Shown in pieces: positions 11,816 to 25,631 of a DNA stretch of 64,000 bases (the stretch's first letter is position 1; every line of letters starts with the position of its first letter). The translations under genes and the position numbers were made by a program. The DNA comes from Callorhinchus milii (Eukaryota). The notes under the pieces were generated by a model, which did not search any database, had not been told where the DNA came from, and worked only from the letters and a program-made list of their open reading frames with translations. The DNA lies in NCBI RefSeq assembly GCF_018977255.1, contig NW_024704742.1, positions 88,476,001-88,540,000 on the forward strand, read 5' to 3'.

Positions 11816-14800
11816 ATATATATTATTATTTATACCAAAATAGCCTTTTTATTGAAATTGACATATAGTTGCTCAGAAAAAATACTTCTATAACTTAATA
11901 TTGATGACCATCTCAGGGGCTGGTTTGTAATATATACAAAAGCCACAGACTTGTTTTCTTCTTATAATTGCAAAGCCTGAGTCTGGGCTCATAACAATTC
12001 TTGGTGCTGTGCAAACTTTGTAAAGGAAATACATTTAGCATGGTGTGAAATATTAAAAGGTCCAATTCCTAAAGATAATTTACACATATTTTACACTAAA
12101 CATTGGTTGAATTTGAAACAAATGACTGATCCCTCTTTTCTTAGTAAATATAACTTAGATTGGGAATGGGTGACAAAATTCATAGTATAATATTGATCCA
12201 AAACAGTAGCAGTTTCCAATGCAATTTCATTGGGATATGCTGAAGAGCACTTGGTTAGTGAATGGGCCGAGTTTTATACTCATATTCAGCATTTCCCCCC
12301 CTTTTTGTCCTCTTCATTCCACAAATGCTGCTATCAATATTGGAAAATCAATGTGACAAGCTCATCGCAAAGGGACTACCCATATTGATAAATTATTATA
12401 TTTTTAGTTGTACGTTGGTGTTGAATAGAACTGGACTGTGCCTGTCACAGTTTCATGTGTTATTCGTTACATACAGCCCCACACCATATATTTGTGTTGG
12501 TCTATTCTTGCCAATGTGGTGAAAATGGCATCCATGCAGGTAAACTAGTGGATTCTCTACATCTGGTTCATTACGTGTAAATATAACTGGGAATTTCAAT
12601 TGGTTTTATCTCTTTTTTAAAAATTCGTAAGCCCTTTATTTATAAACCTACTTCATGTCCGGTTGGAATGTGTTCAATCAGCAACACTCACAGCAAGCAA
12701 AAGCCTCACATGTTATGTCACTGACTTAGAAAGGGAACTGGTCTTATGACAGTCAATGCTCGATCGATGGATAAATAGAAATGAAATAACAGATTGATAG
12801 ACAACCCGAAACCACAGCGCAAAAACAGATTTCACGTTCACATTTCATCTTTTGATGAATTCTTAGCCAGACTCATTGTAACAATCTATACCAGTCAAGT
12901 GTTCCACCGGATAGCATGACTGGATCCATCTGTTTAAACAGAAACACATTGAGCCAGCTATCTGGTTTAAATTTCAGTGTGATGGGTATTGGTAACTACA
13001 AGTGTAATTTGCACTGTTGAAATCCATTCCAGGTAGTGATTTGAAATACCAGAGAAATGATGTACCCTTGTCGTAGAGGAAAGGAGGTGTGGGGGGGGTA
13101 GGTGGATGGCAGGGATCGTGAGAGTTACAGACAGGCGTTATCAGATCGAAGGGAATGCACCAGCGTCTGGGAATTCTAGTAATTTTTAACTTTTGAATAA
13201 TTTGTTTAACAAAAGCTTGTCAGTTTTAAGTAATGTTATGGCAAGCAGTGATTTCCTGTAAATGGCTTGATAGTGCATTTTCTCTCCCCCTTCCCTTTCC
13301 CTTCCCTCTGCTGCATTGCACTTCCTTGTTCCTTTTGACGCAAAGCATTCATTCCAGCTCCAGTTTCTATGTACTTTTGTCTTCCCTGGAACTGAGGGTG
13401 AAATCACTCAAAGCGTTGCTGATTAACTCTGTTGCTTTGCAATTTAAAGAAAGACTTGCAACCAGAACAATAGTTAGAGTCTGGACAAATTTCATTCAAA
13501 CAGTTCGAGAAACTTTGTCTCAAGTGCTACTGAGTAATTATAATGCATACACAGCAATATATTCAAAGCGCTTTGAGATGTCTGAACGACATGATAAAGC
13601 GCTATATCAAATGCAAGGATTATTATTATATTATTATATGTACTATTCACACGTTCAGTTTCTCAAGCAATCCCGTTCCTCAAATCAAAAACATCTCTTA
13701 TTACAACAGGCTCATTTAAAGCTTCCTGATTCCTCCATACCATAGCATTTGGGCTAATACATCTGGGACATCCTTCCGACTTGCAACGCACTATACAACT
13801 GTAATTTGTTGTTATTGTTGCTGCACATTCCTAAACAAGTTTACAGTGTTGCAGTAGATTAAAATCACTTTCTCCTCCACATCAAGTTGTTTTCATGTCT
13901 TTTTTGTTATGGATTAGCAGATTAAATAATCTAAATTCTTTTATTTAAAATAAATCTTGTTTTTTTCCTCCGGAAAGCAATCCTGATCAACTGCATTCCT
14001 TTAACCCCACATTTGCAAACTGCAATCGCAAACTAAGGTTGGACTTTATATAAGGTGATCACGCATTCTGCAGGCAGGCACTTTAACTTGCAGCAGGGCA
14101 ACCACAGGGGGGGGGGGGCGACGAAAAAGACAACGGAGGATCCCAGTTTAATTAGGGTTACTGTTTCCAGCCCCTTTGCGATGCTTCCGTTTTGCCTTTG
14201 TAGTGAGCTTGTTTGATGGCTTTTGGAGCGTGTTTGCTCTCACTGCATTTGCCCAGCCAGCCCCGCTTCAGTGCAGCCCTGGCAACGCTATTGTTTATGT
14301 CCTTGTGACGTGTGAAGGTAACCTAGGAATGCTCAGCAAAGCAGCCACAGCTATTGCCAGCCACTTCCCCAAAGCTCATGCTGGCGAGGCCTAACCAGCA
14401 TTTTAAATGCTATTCTGACTTAACAGTGTAGGGGTAGAAATTCTACCACTTATTCACGTTGCATTTAGAGCGTACAGAATTTGGTTCTTAATCTTGAAGA
14501 CTTCAAAGTTACGACTGAATTTGCCAAATTCTGAACTTGTCTTAGGTGCTACATTAATAGAAACATCTCGGCTAAGGTGGAATTTACAGTGTCCAATGAG
14601 TCTACCTTTTTGCCAGCTCTGTATCGAAAACAAAAATAGTTTTAAACCTGATTGGATTTCCATTCTTGAAACAAAATCTGTAAATACATCAGGCACATTT
14701 TTTATAAAAATACCCTTTTATTCCACATTATTTCATCAAAGTCATAAAAAGGGCTTTTCAGCAATTATCAACTGTAGTGGCTGACTTTGTAGGTAAACCT

Positions 14801-16489
14801 GGGATTTTTACAGAAATTGAAGCTCCATAAACAGTCAGTAGGTTGAATAACCGAAATGAAAAACCGACACTGAAATAAACCCCCTTCTCTTTCGGTATGG
14901 TGTAATGGGATCTTTAACTTGAGCAGGTAGAAAAGACCATGGTTTAATGTCTCATAGAAAGGATGCTGCTTTCAACAATATAGTAACTCAGGTCATAGTG
15001 CATGTTCTGGCAATCTTCACAATTTGCTTTAATAATATTGTTTTCTTGCAGTTGAAAATTCAAAGAGACTGATTTCAGCCCTCACCCTGAATTATAACAC
15101 AGTCGTCTGGGTCTGTAAAGTCAGATTTCACACTAAATTGAGGCCTGTTAATAAATGGCCACTTTCCAGATCGTCAAATTACCACTGATATATTCGTCTT
15201 GTGAAGTGATATCAGAAATTCACCCATGCACAGTGTGCATGCATGCAACAGGTTGATATCAGCCATGAAGGCGGACAATTTTAGAGCAGGAAGCTGAAGT
15301 GCCAGAGGAACATATACCACACAACCACATTTCCAGTATACCACGTGTCCAAAGTACATCCACACAACAATTGGACCTGAGCTAACCTGGGGTAGTATAC
15401 CTTATGAAAGGCTTATCCTGCATATGACTTCATACAATCATAGATGTTACAATGCCAGTGAAAAAGCACAGAAGGTAATTTCAGCTTATCGTGCTTCTGC
15501 TGGTACTAACACCTCCACTGAAACTGATAGCAACTCCCTCCTCTTTTCCAGTACTATTTTTTAAAAACTAAATTCAATTAAGCAAACCCTTAAAAACTAA
15601 GTTAAACAAGACTTAACAATTCTTAGATTTTAAACCTTTTTTTTTCTGCAAAAATAGTTTTGGTTCCGACATGAAAGAAACGTACATTACGATCTTCTCC
15701 ATTCTTATTCTCCTTTTTGCACCATCTGAGATACCAGCTAATCATGTCATCAAAACTTCTCAAAGTTCTTCACAGATTTTACTCTAAAATGTAGTGACTG
15801 TGTATTTGTGGGCGAAATACAGCAGCCAATTTGCACACAACAATCTCCCAGAAACAGCTATGAAGTTAATTAGTTTAATTAATTAGAAATGTTTTATTCC
15901 CAACCTGCTGAAACTTTTCTCTACCCGTGGAATGGAGTTCCTGCTGACTGACAAGAATTCTAATGAAATTCCTTATTAAGGAATAACACAAGTTAGACCT
16001 GTACATTTAGGGGTATTACTTTGAACAGAAAATATTCTTAATGGACTTTTCTTCCCATTGTTGTCATGGGATAATATATTCGAATATTGAAGAGTGGAGG
16101 CTGAGCCATACAAACACAAAAACATGCGAAACCTTCCATGTGAAGACAACTTATGAGAAGAATGTGAAAGCTGTAAAAAGACACATTGTATCAGAGAGAT
16201 CACAGAATACGAGCAAGCATGATATTGGGCAGATGTTAAATATAAAAGTTAACATGTGCGGAAAGAGTGTACAGCTGCAATTTATCCGACAATGCCTCAG
16301 ACATTCACAGTTCACAAGGGGCTCAAAATTATATCATAAATTTAGTGGCACTAATGACTGAATTTGGAGAATCAAATAACTCAAATAAAATCCCAGTGAA
16401 ATTCTGACAGCCTTTTTTTATGGTGGAAAGAAATCAGTGTTAAAAACCTTAGTTGGCTTTATTGGACTCGTCTTCACCAAACTGCTGGT

Positions 16490-17230
16490 GGACAGTCAAT
16501 CTGTCCCTCTCATCTGGCACTGTCGCACTGCCCTCAAAAACACTATCATCCCCTCCTCAAAAAAAACGCGCTTGATCCTTGAAATTTCGCAAACTACTGT
16601 TCCATCCCAAACTTGCTCTTCATTTCCAGTCCTGGAACAAGCAGTAGCCAACCAACTTCCTCCACACGTTTCCCTCCAGTTTTGCCCGCTGCACAGAGAC
16701 AGCGCTCGTCAATCACAAATCACATCTTCTCTTTCTCTGCCCAGGGCTCCCTCTGCCTCCTTGTCCTCCTGGACCCCTCTATTGTCTTTGATACAGTCAA
16801 CCATGCCATCATCCTCGACCATCTGTCCTCCCTCATTTACCTCAGTGGGACTTACTTGACCCACTGCCATCCTGCTCCACTGGATCTCTATTCCAGAATG
16901 GATCGATTTCAAGAAACTCTCACTCGAATTGCTTCATACCCTGGAACCTCCGTATCTCTCCAACTTGCTTACACCCCGTTATTTACCCACAGTCCACTCA
17001 GCTGGCTCCGGCCTCCTGCACGTCCCTGTCCCTTCTGCTCCATTATTGGTGGCTGTGCTTTCAACCGCTACGCCTTGAGACTCTGGAACTCTGCCTCAAT
17101 CCCTCTGCCTTGCCCTTTCCTCATTAGTGTTCAGATCATGCCCATGGTCACCTTCTCCCTCTCCCCATCTTGGTGTCAAGCTCCATCATTGTTAAACGTT
17201 CTGAGGTGCTACCCAAAGTGAAGAGCTCTC
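16490..17230 (+). mobile_element. Highly degraded, internally deleted L2 LINE
   Basis: Translated remnants LLVLLDPSIVFDTVNHAIIL and IGGCAFNRYALRLWNS. Confidence 0.75.
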
Positions 17231-19209
17231 TCTCTCTCTATATATATACATATATATATGCAAATTGTTCTTGTAATAAAGCAATTTTGACCCCATGAAT
17301 TGGGTGGTATGTTTTTCAAGCTATCATATACTGTTCGGGTGCTACTGTGTGGGAGATTGACAAGGCTGGTTTCTAGGGAAAACATACATCTCTCTGGGAA
17401 GAGAAATGAACTGGCATAAAATAAAAACACCCAAACTGACATTAATTCTTTCAACGTTTGTCTCATGGAATTTTGACCCCTAGACCTCCACTCTCACAGA
17501 TTATGCCATCAAAGATGATGGAATTGCAGCTTTAAAGCATCCTACTTTTCTCTGTACATTTTATGGTGCAGAAGATGATTTCACTTGAACAGTGCCCAGG
17601 ACTGAGATTTCGCAATTTTAATCCCAAAACATGTCTACAATTTCAAAATAAATCAAAATCCAACAAATGAATACTGGAGCCATTGACAGGAGTGTCACAG
17701 CTGTTTTTTTGCTTTGCCAAAGACTGTCATAATTCACTCACATAAGAATTTTTGTAATTCATCATCAAAACTATAATCCACATGTACTATTTTTATTATA
17801 TATGAGACACATGGTAGTGCAGTTTGGTGCTAGGAAATGAGCAAAGGAAAACCGTGATACAAACAAATGGATATTATTAGTCGTTTAGCATGAATACAAT
17901 CAGAGGGTAGCAAGGAGTGGCCCAATAGGCTATTAATCAATGTCTTCTTGGTTGAACAAGAGGAGTACTAAATAAAAAGAGTCTTACATTTGACCAAGTG
18001 GGAGGATTCCTCAAAATGCTTCTCAGGATATATTGTAAAGTTTCCTGATGTTGTATTTTGAATGCAGAAGCCAGTTTGGGCACATCACTGTCTGACAAAC
18101 AGCCACAAAGTGAATGATCAATTTTATTTGGAGGGATTGTTGTTCAGGACACCACGAGAAACTCGCTTCTCTTTCTCAATCATGCTATGGGACCTTTAAA
18201 GACTACCTCAACAGGCAGACAGGACTTCACGGAAAGCATGCTACCAGCTGAACCAGGCTAACGATAGGAGACTTTGGGAATCGACCAGGAGAGTGGCTTT
18301 AGTTGAGATGGTTCATGTGGAAGAAAACAATGCCGACTTGAAGCACCAAATAGCCTGCTTCTGTGCTATAATATTCTATGAGGCCAAATGTACCTATTTC
18401 TTATCCGTTTTGTGAACACAGACAAAAAATTCAAGAGTGGGGAAATGACGAATTCTTTTTAGCTGATGTTGAATTCAACACAGTTGTACTTATCAGGGAG
18501 CAAATAAAACTTTATAGAATTGTATTTCTAAACACTGTTAAAATCTTTGTGTAAAAAGTAATTGCAGGAAGGCAGTGTGCTGGACCCCCTTAAGAAACAG
18601 TTTGGTGCTGTGCTGGGTGGATTTTTTGGAATGAACAAGGTGAGGTGGATGTTCTTCTCAATTTCTGTTGTGAGCTCGTGAGTCAGTAGCCTGAAATGAA
18701 ACTATAGCTGTATTCGCAACTGGAGCAATGGTTATTGAAGGATGGAAGGCATTTAGAGAAATCATATTTATATTATACACTGATTTAATTTGTTGTGGTA
18801 TTTATGTTGATTTATTATTCACTACCTCGGTCCTGGTTCTACTACATAATTGTATACTACAGAACATAACATTGCGCAAACAGGGATTAATAGTACAGAA
18901 GAGAAAGAAAACAGATTTTCCTCTCAGCGTTGCTATTACAGGTCTTGCACTAACTGGTGTAACAGTATCTGTGCAGGCATGAGGTTTGCCAATCAATAAT
19001 TCCTATTCGGTGATTATACATGACATTATTGAATGAGAATATTAACTAAATGCTTTGGTGATGTCTGTGGAGAGATGGTTATGCAGGATTTATTCTCGCC
19101 TCCATTTTCTGTCCAAAATAGCAGTTTATCAGCAAATATTGTGACAGAGATAAGAGTTCAAATTAATTCCAAATGGTTCTCTGGTACAAACTTCAAATGA
19201 TATATATCC

Positions 19210-21276
19210 TCCGGAACCTTCCTCTCCTTTGAGAACCTTACCCTTTATCACCCCTCCAACTTTTCTCTCCTTATTCTCCTTATTTATCGCCCTGCCAAGC
19301 CCTGGGACTTCACTGTCTAAGACGTCACCATCACAGATAAAGCCATCTTGGACCATGACTTCATCTCCCTTAACACCTCTGTACCCCTTCCCCCTACTCA
19401 ACCCACTTTTATCGCATGCTGCCCCTGGAAAGAAATCTACTCCCAATCCCTCTCCGCTGCCCTGGAATCATCCAAACTCCTGCCCCCATGGCCCCCTCTT
19501 CGATCTCTCTTCTCCACAACTCCCTCTCCTCCATCCTCCTTCCTCTGCCTCGTCAATCCTCTGTTCCAACTCCAACTGCGAGGAGATGTTGGACTTACTT
19601 GAATCCCAAATCAAGGCGATTCATTTGGCTAACTCCCCCGTTCACCACTAACCCCTCTCCACCTCCCCTTCATGCCCTGTGCCCCACCCATCCCTCCCTA
19701 TACACCTTCAACCCTGTCTCCCCCTTTACCTTCACCTCCATCATCTCAAAACTAAACACCTGCTCCTTCGACCCACCCTATGCCCCACACCTCTCCTCAC
19801 AATCCAATTCCACCTCCTGGCCCCCTTTTTAACCAACATTAATAACCTCTCCTTATCCACTGGTACTGTTCCCACCCTCTAAAAACAGCTGTCATCACCC
19901 CCATCTCAAAACACCTTCCCTTGACCCATCCCTACTCTGCACCTATCGCCCCATCTCCAACCTCCCATTCCTCTCCAAGGCCCTGGAATGAGTTGTTGTG
20001 TCTCAGCTTTGCTCTTTCCTCTTCCACAATTCCCTCTCCGAACCTCTCTAATCGGGTTTCCGTGCTGCCCACACAGTTGACCACTCTATCCTCCTACACC
20101 GCCTCTCCTCTCAGCTCAATCTTCGCGGATCTGGCCTTGTCTGGTTCAAATCCTACCATCTCCACTTTGTCAACACTAACGGCGTCTCCTCCAGCCCCCG
20201 CACCATCACGTGCAGTGTCCCTCAGGGCTCTGTCCTCGGTCCTCTCCTTTTCAATGTCTATATGCTCCTTTTTGATGACATCATCCGCAGACATGGGGTC
20301 AACTTCCACATGTATACGGATGACACCTACCTGTATCTCTCTGCCTCCACCCTTGATTCCAAGACCACTGGTGTCCTCACAGACTGCCTGTCGGACCTCA
20401 AGTCGTGGATGAGAGCTAATTTCCTGCAGTAGAATGTCAACAAGACTGAGGCCCTCCTGCTTGGCTCCCGTCAGCACCTCCTTACCTCGGCACTGACAGC
20501 ATCTCCCTCCATGGATGCACTCTACATCTCACGGAGCCAATATGGAATCTTGGTGTCCTGTTCGACCCTCACTTATCCTTCTTACCTCACATCTGTGCCA
20601 TGACCCACTCCGCCTTTCCCCACCTCCACAACATCGCTCGGTTCCGCCACTATCTCACACCACAGGCCGTTGAAACCCTCATATGCGCATTCATAACATC
20701 CAGACTCGACTACACAAATTCACTGCTTGTCGGTTTCCCCAACTCTTCCCTCCATGGGCTGCAGAGTTCTGGATGATCATCCAGAACTCTGCAGCCCATG
20801 TCTTCTCCCACACCAGGCTCCGCGACCCTATCACCCCCATCCTCGTCCGAATCCACTGGCTTCCCATTACATAAGAGGATACAGTTGAAGATGCTGGTCC
20901 TCACTTTCAAAGCCTCCTATGGCCTTGCTCTCTCTGCGACCTCCTAACTCCCTAACAACCTGTTCGCTCCCTCCGCTCAGTGGGCTCTGGCCCTCTTCAC
21001 GTTCCCTGCCTAGCCCACTCCACCATTGGCGGGTGGGCCTCCAGCCACTCTGCCCCCACTCTCTGGAACTCTATCCCACATTCCCTCCACCTCGCCACCT
21101 CCCTTGCCTCCTTCAAGACCTTGCTGTTTCACCGTGCCTTCAGTTATCCTCTTTCCCCTGCTGCCCTCTCCGATCCCGACCCCCAGTTCGGGTCCGAAAT
21201 ATCGATTGACCAGCGCCTGCATAGATGTCCTCCCGATGTGAAAGGTGCTTTATAAATGTAATTTTGTTGTTGTTGT
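19210..21276 (+). mobile_element. L2 LINE, 5'-truncated, ORF2 pseudogenised
   Basis: RT remnants (YRPISNLPFLSK, VPQGSVLGPLLF, FHMYTDDT), C-terminal HWLPI and APTLWNS, (TTG)n tail. Confidence 0.9.
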
Positions 21277-22287
21277 ATAAATGAACTAGCTCATTCAAGG
21301 TCCAAACTCAAGACACGTTTGGTCATCTGCCCCCACCGCCCCCCCCGTCACCCACAGCTTGGCTAAAGATTCCATGGCACCCTTCAAAAATGGAAGGGAA
21401 ATTCTCCTAGTATCTAGGCCAAAAATCCTCCAAACAAAATAAATTGGTCATTTATTTGATGGCCGTTTCTGTGAGATTGATGTGATCAAATTAACTGCCA
21501 CGTTCACCTACAAAATGCAGTTGTGACACTTTCCAGAATACTCTGAAGCACTTTGAATTGTTTCATGTAATAAGGTTGTATATCCAATGGAAGGATTATT
21601 ATCAAAGGAATTATTAATCTGTTCCAATGGTGTAAAATCCACACACATTTTAAATAGTTGTGTTGGGCTGTGGTGAGATAACTATGCAGTTTCACACAGG
21701 GAGGAATAAATGGAGTGGCAAGGTTAATGTTACTTTCTTGGTTTCAATTCTCAAAGCGGTGAGCAGATTATTCACATGTTTACTACACTCGTCCCTCCTA
21801 CAGTGACTTGATATCACTTAGTATCATTGGTTTGAAATGCAAACTAATTACACAATATGAAGGGAACAATGGGAGGCAGTTTATATTAAAACTATAGGGG
21901 AGATGGATGTAGGAAGTGGTCTGGACTTCTTTGAAAGAGCTTTAGATGCAGCTTGAGCTCCCGCAGTTATAAATTCCTTCATATTAGACATGCATTGGGA
22001 GGATACAATGGAAACTAGAGTTACAATTAAATCCTTGCTTGTGGCACTGAGATCTACTTAGAAAAAAAAGAGATATATCAACCTAATTTTACCATTGAGG
22101 CACTTGCTTTCGTGCATTCTCTGAACAACGATTCCCACAAAATATACAGTCAATTCACTTTACAGTATACTCTGTGAAGCACTTTGAGACATCTCAATGA
22201 TGTGATAAATGACTATAATTATGATTAGTAATTCAAGGAACACGGGATCTGTTGATGTGATGCATGTATTTCAAACACTCATGTTAG

Positions 22288-22577
22288 AATAATAATAATA
22301 ATCCTTGCATTTGATATAGCGCTTTTCACGTCTTCTAAACGTCTCAAAGCGCTTCACAGAATAGACTGTAAAGTGAATTGACTGTATATTTGTGGGCGAA
22401 ATGCGGCAGCAGTGTCCACAGAGTAGTGGATTGAAATGACCAATTTATTATTTTTTTTGAGGGATTATTATTAGGCGTGTGGAGTAAGGAAACTTGTCCA
22501 AGGTTACACCCTGCCAGGAATCAAACCCAGGTCTCTCGCTTGCAAAGCGAGGGCTCTAACCACTGAGCTACAGGATC
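22288..22577 (-). mobile_element. Family A SINE, full length
   Basis: Reverse complement of the 55315 copy; (AAT)n tail at left, GCTCTAACCACTGAGCTACAGGA head at right. Confidence 0.85.
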
Positions 22578-24984
22578 TGGAGGAAATGTGTGCATTGAAG
22601 TACCAATGCATGTATTTCAAAGCAACTACAATGTTTGAGCATCTTTTATTTTTGACGCACTCTGTTGTTCGATGAAGCTTTAATAAACAAGAGTGTAAAT
22701 CAAAAAAAAACTTTCTGTAATAGAAAGATTTATAGTGTTTCTTTCAATACAATTAAACAGTCAGTTTGAATTTAATATGTTATTAAATGTGAAGTATCAG
22801 TAGCACATATTGGCATGAATCTTAAACTGCCAATAATTAAACCACTGAGCATGCATGAAAAGAAATAATGTAGGTCATAACAAGGTCATGTACAGTCAAA
22901 CTAATGCAGAGAAATACAGCCTGACACATGTATCTATGCAACATAATACAAATACATGATTACAAGAGTGGAGTGTAGTAATATAAGTTAGTTGTTCTGT
23001 TGATACATGAGTTAAGATAACCTGAAGGCAAACTCTTTATCCCCCTGCCCACCCTCATGGGACAGAGGGCAATACAACAACAACAACTTGCATTTATATA
23101 GCACCCCTCACTCAGGGTAATGTCCCAGAGCACTTGACAGTGGCAGAGTATGACACCAAGAAGATCAAGAAGGTCCCATATATAACTTGTCTTTTTTTTT
23201 TGCTGATCTCAGCTGTGTGCTGGATGGAGTCCTGGAGTTGACTTTTTACTCAACTCCAGAATAAGATGAAGGAAAATTGAACAGTATTATAAAAATAACC
23301 CCTATATTTGATATGGTACCTTGGCACATCAGAAATATCTCAACGCGCTTCACAAAGATTTTCTGTGAAGTGCAGTGACTGCGTATTGATAGGAGAATGT
23401 GACAGCCAATTGACACACAGGAACGTCCCACTAACAGCCAAGGAGTGAATCACTATTTTTTTTAAATCTGGGGGACTGCTGGCCACGATAAAAAAAGAAA
23501 CTCTCTTTTTTAAAAAAAAAGTGCCTTACGATCTTGAACTATGGGACCTCGGTTAGCAACTCATCCAAAGTGAGGCACTTCACACACTCACAAGATTGGT
23601 TTGGATGAAGGAGGCTCTTCGGCCCATATGATCTCTTCCTTCCAGAACACCATCCTCCCATCACAGCATCAAGCTTTTCAAATTAGTCCAGTGTCCTGGC
23701 TTCAACTGCCCCTTCTGGCAAACTGTTCCAATTGTTAATTGTCCAATTGTTATCTGTCCTGAAATTGTGCTTAGTAGCTCTAAACCAATTTCTTCTTTTT
23801 CTACTGTCCAATGGCATCCTGAAGTATTGTTCTAGGATTCATTTTTCAATCCCATTTAAAAGTTTATACCTCTATGAGGTTCCCTCTGAGTTATCTTCTC
23901 TCACCTCCTACACTGCAGCTTTTCCCCAGCACAGCATTAGGGAGTCAGCAATGAGGGCAATGTCCCAGTGAGAAGCTTGAACCCACAACCTTCTGACTCG
24001 GAGGAAAAAGTACCTCCGATTGAGCCAGCCTGACATCTAATCTGGCAGCTGATCATTTCTCAAAAGTTACTTCTGGAAGTCTGTGCATGTGTGCAAGAAC
24101 ATGCATTTGCGTGTGTGAGATATGTTCAGCTTTCTTACACTTAATTAGTGAATGGAGGACTGTTGTCTTCAATGACAATCCCCAAAGAAATAGTTCATTG
24201 ACTTCATGGCTGTTTGCGGGACATTATTGTGTGCAAATTTGATTGTCTCATTCGCTTACAAATGCACAGTTACTACACTTTACAGGAATTAAATGTGAAG
24301 TGATTTGAGGTGTTTTGGTGTTATATCAAATGCAAGATTATTATTATAATCATTTCACCTCCTTCCTCCACATTGCTCCAAGCATCACTCTACATTTCCA
24401 ATACAGTACTGAGGGTGTGCTATATTGTTGGAGGTGCTGTCTGAGTGTGGCACATCCCTCCAAGTAATGGTTTCTTCCTTGTTATATCCCAGTATCTGCC
24501 CTTTATTACTCTGAGGCAAGTGATTTGTGTTTGGTAAATGTAGATGTAAATGTACATCAACGATTTCCGGGTTCAGTCCCTGGATTAGGTATTGTGTTCC
24601 TGGCCAAATTCGCCCCATCTTGAGTTCAGCAACAAACTGGGAAAGAACAATAAAATTCTGAAACAAATACACTCATCAGAGAAATACAGCCATTAATCCA
24701 ACAAGCTTCACCAGTGCTGCCATCATCATCATCATCAACAATAAAATTACATTTGTATAGCAACAATTATGATGAGTTCAACTGTTTTTAATGTGCGTTT
24801 TGGTTTACAAAATATAGTCACCCTATCCTAGAGTGGTCTCCAACTTATTTTGGTGCTGAGTATTTTCCATTTTCGATCTGCACAGAAAGTCCACAAATAT
24901 GTACTCTATCAAGTCACAAATCACTGTTTTACTGACTGAGTTGGCCAGACCACAGGCATTGGGCTGCTTTATAAAATGTCAGTC

Positions 24985-25250
24985 TATGTGGTTTTAGCTG
25001 ATTAGACTCCAGCAGTTACCCCAATGCACACTCTGGGGTCCTCAAGACTTGGCTCTTGCCAACCCGCACCTAATACTTTCTGGAATTATGTAAGCAGGAT
25101 CCGTTCCTCCAGGGAGAGAGTGCACATTCCATTCCAACAATCTATCTCTTGGATTTCCATGTGTAGGTGGGACGCATGGAAATCTCAGCTTGGTTTCGAT
25201 ACTCTTAAACATGGGGATGGGTTTCTGGGTGTGTCAGACACCCGGCTGAT
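24985..25250 (+). mobile_element. Family U repeat copy
   Basis: Aligns with 5765-6050 (reverse complement) and 34280-34540; followed by an A-rich stretch. Confidence 0.8.
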
Positions 25251-25445
25251 AAAAAAGATAATAAAGAAAATATAACTTTCTGGGCTTTTGTTCTTCTTCA
25301 GAAAATCAATGCTGGAAAATAAATATTCAACAACAGAATAACTTGGAGGCCACTGGAGGGCTTGGAATTTGCAAAACGTAAAACACTTCCTTCCAAAATA
25401 TGGCGGGGTTAGGACCTGAGAAAGAAGAACTTACCTGAAAGGAAG

Positions 25446-25464
25446 TGCTGCCACCTGCTGGTCA
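25446..25464 (-). promoter_or_regulatory. Predicted CTCF binding site
   Basis: Minus strand TGACCAGCAGGTGGCAGCA matches the CTCF core CCASYAGRKGGCRS at every position. Confidence 0.6.
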
Positions 25465-25631
25465 ATAGTTTACCTGGCGTTAGTTAATGTATGCAAACAT
25501 TGTTACTCCCATGACACAACATCAGTAAAAGTAGACACATATCAGGGTTTGGTCATCCAGGTGTCTGTCACACATGGAAACCCATCATTCATGCTTAAGA
25601 GTATCTAAAACACATAGGGTTCCACCTACTC

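Noticed and set aside
13233..13745. 170-aa ORF
   Set aside because: Runs through a SINE tail (13550-13635); no homology or splice support recognised.
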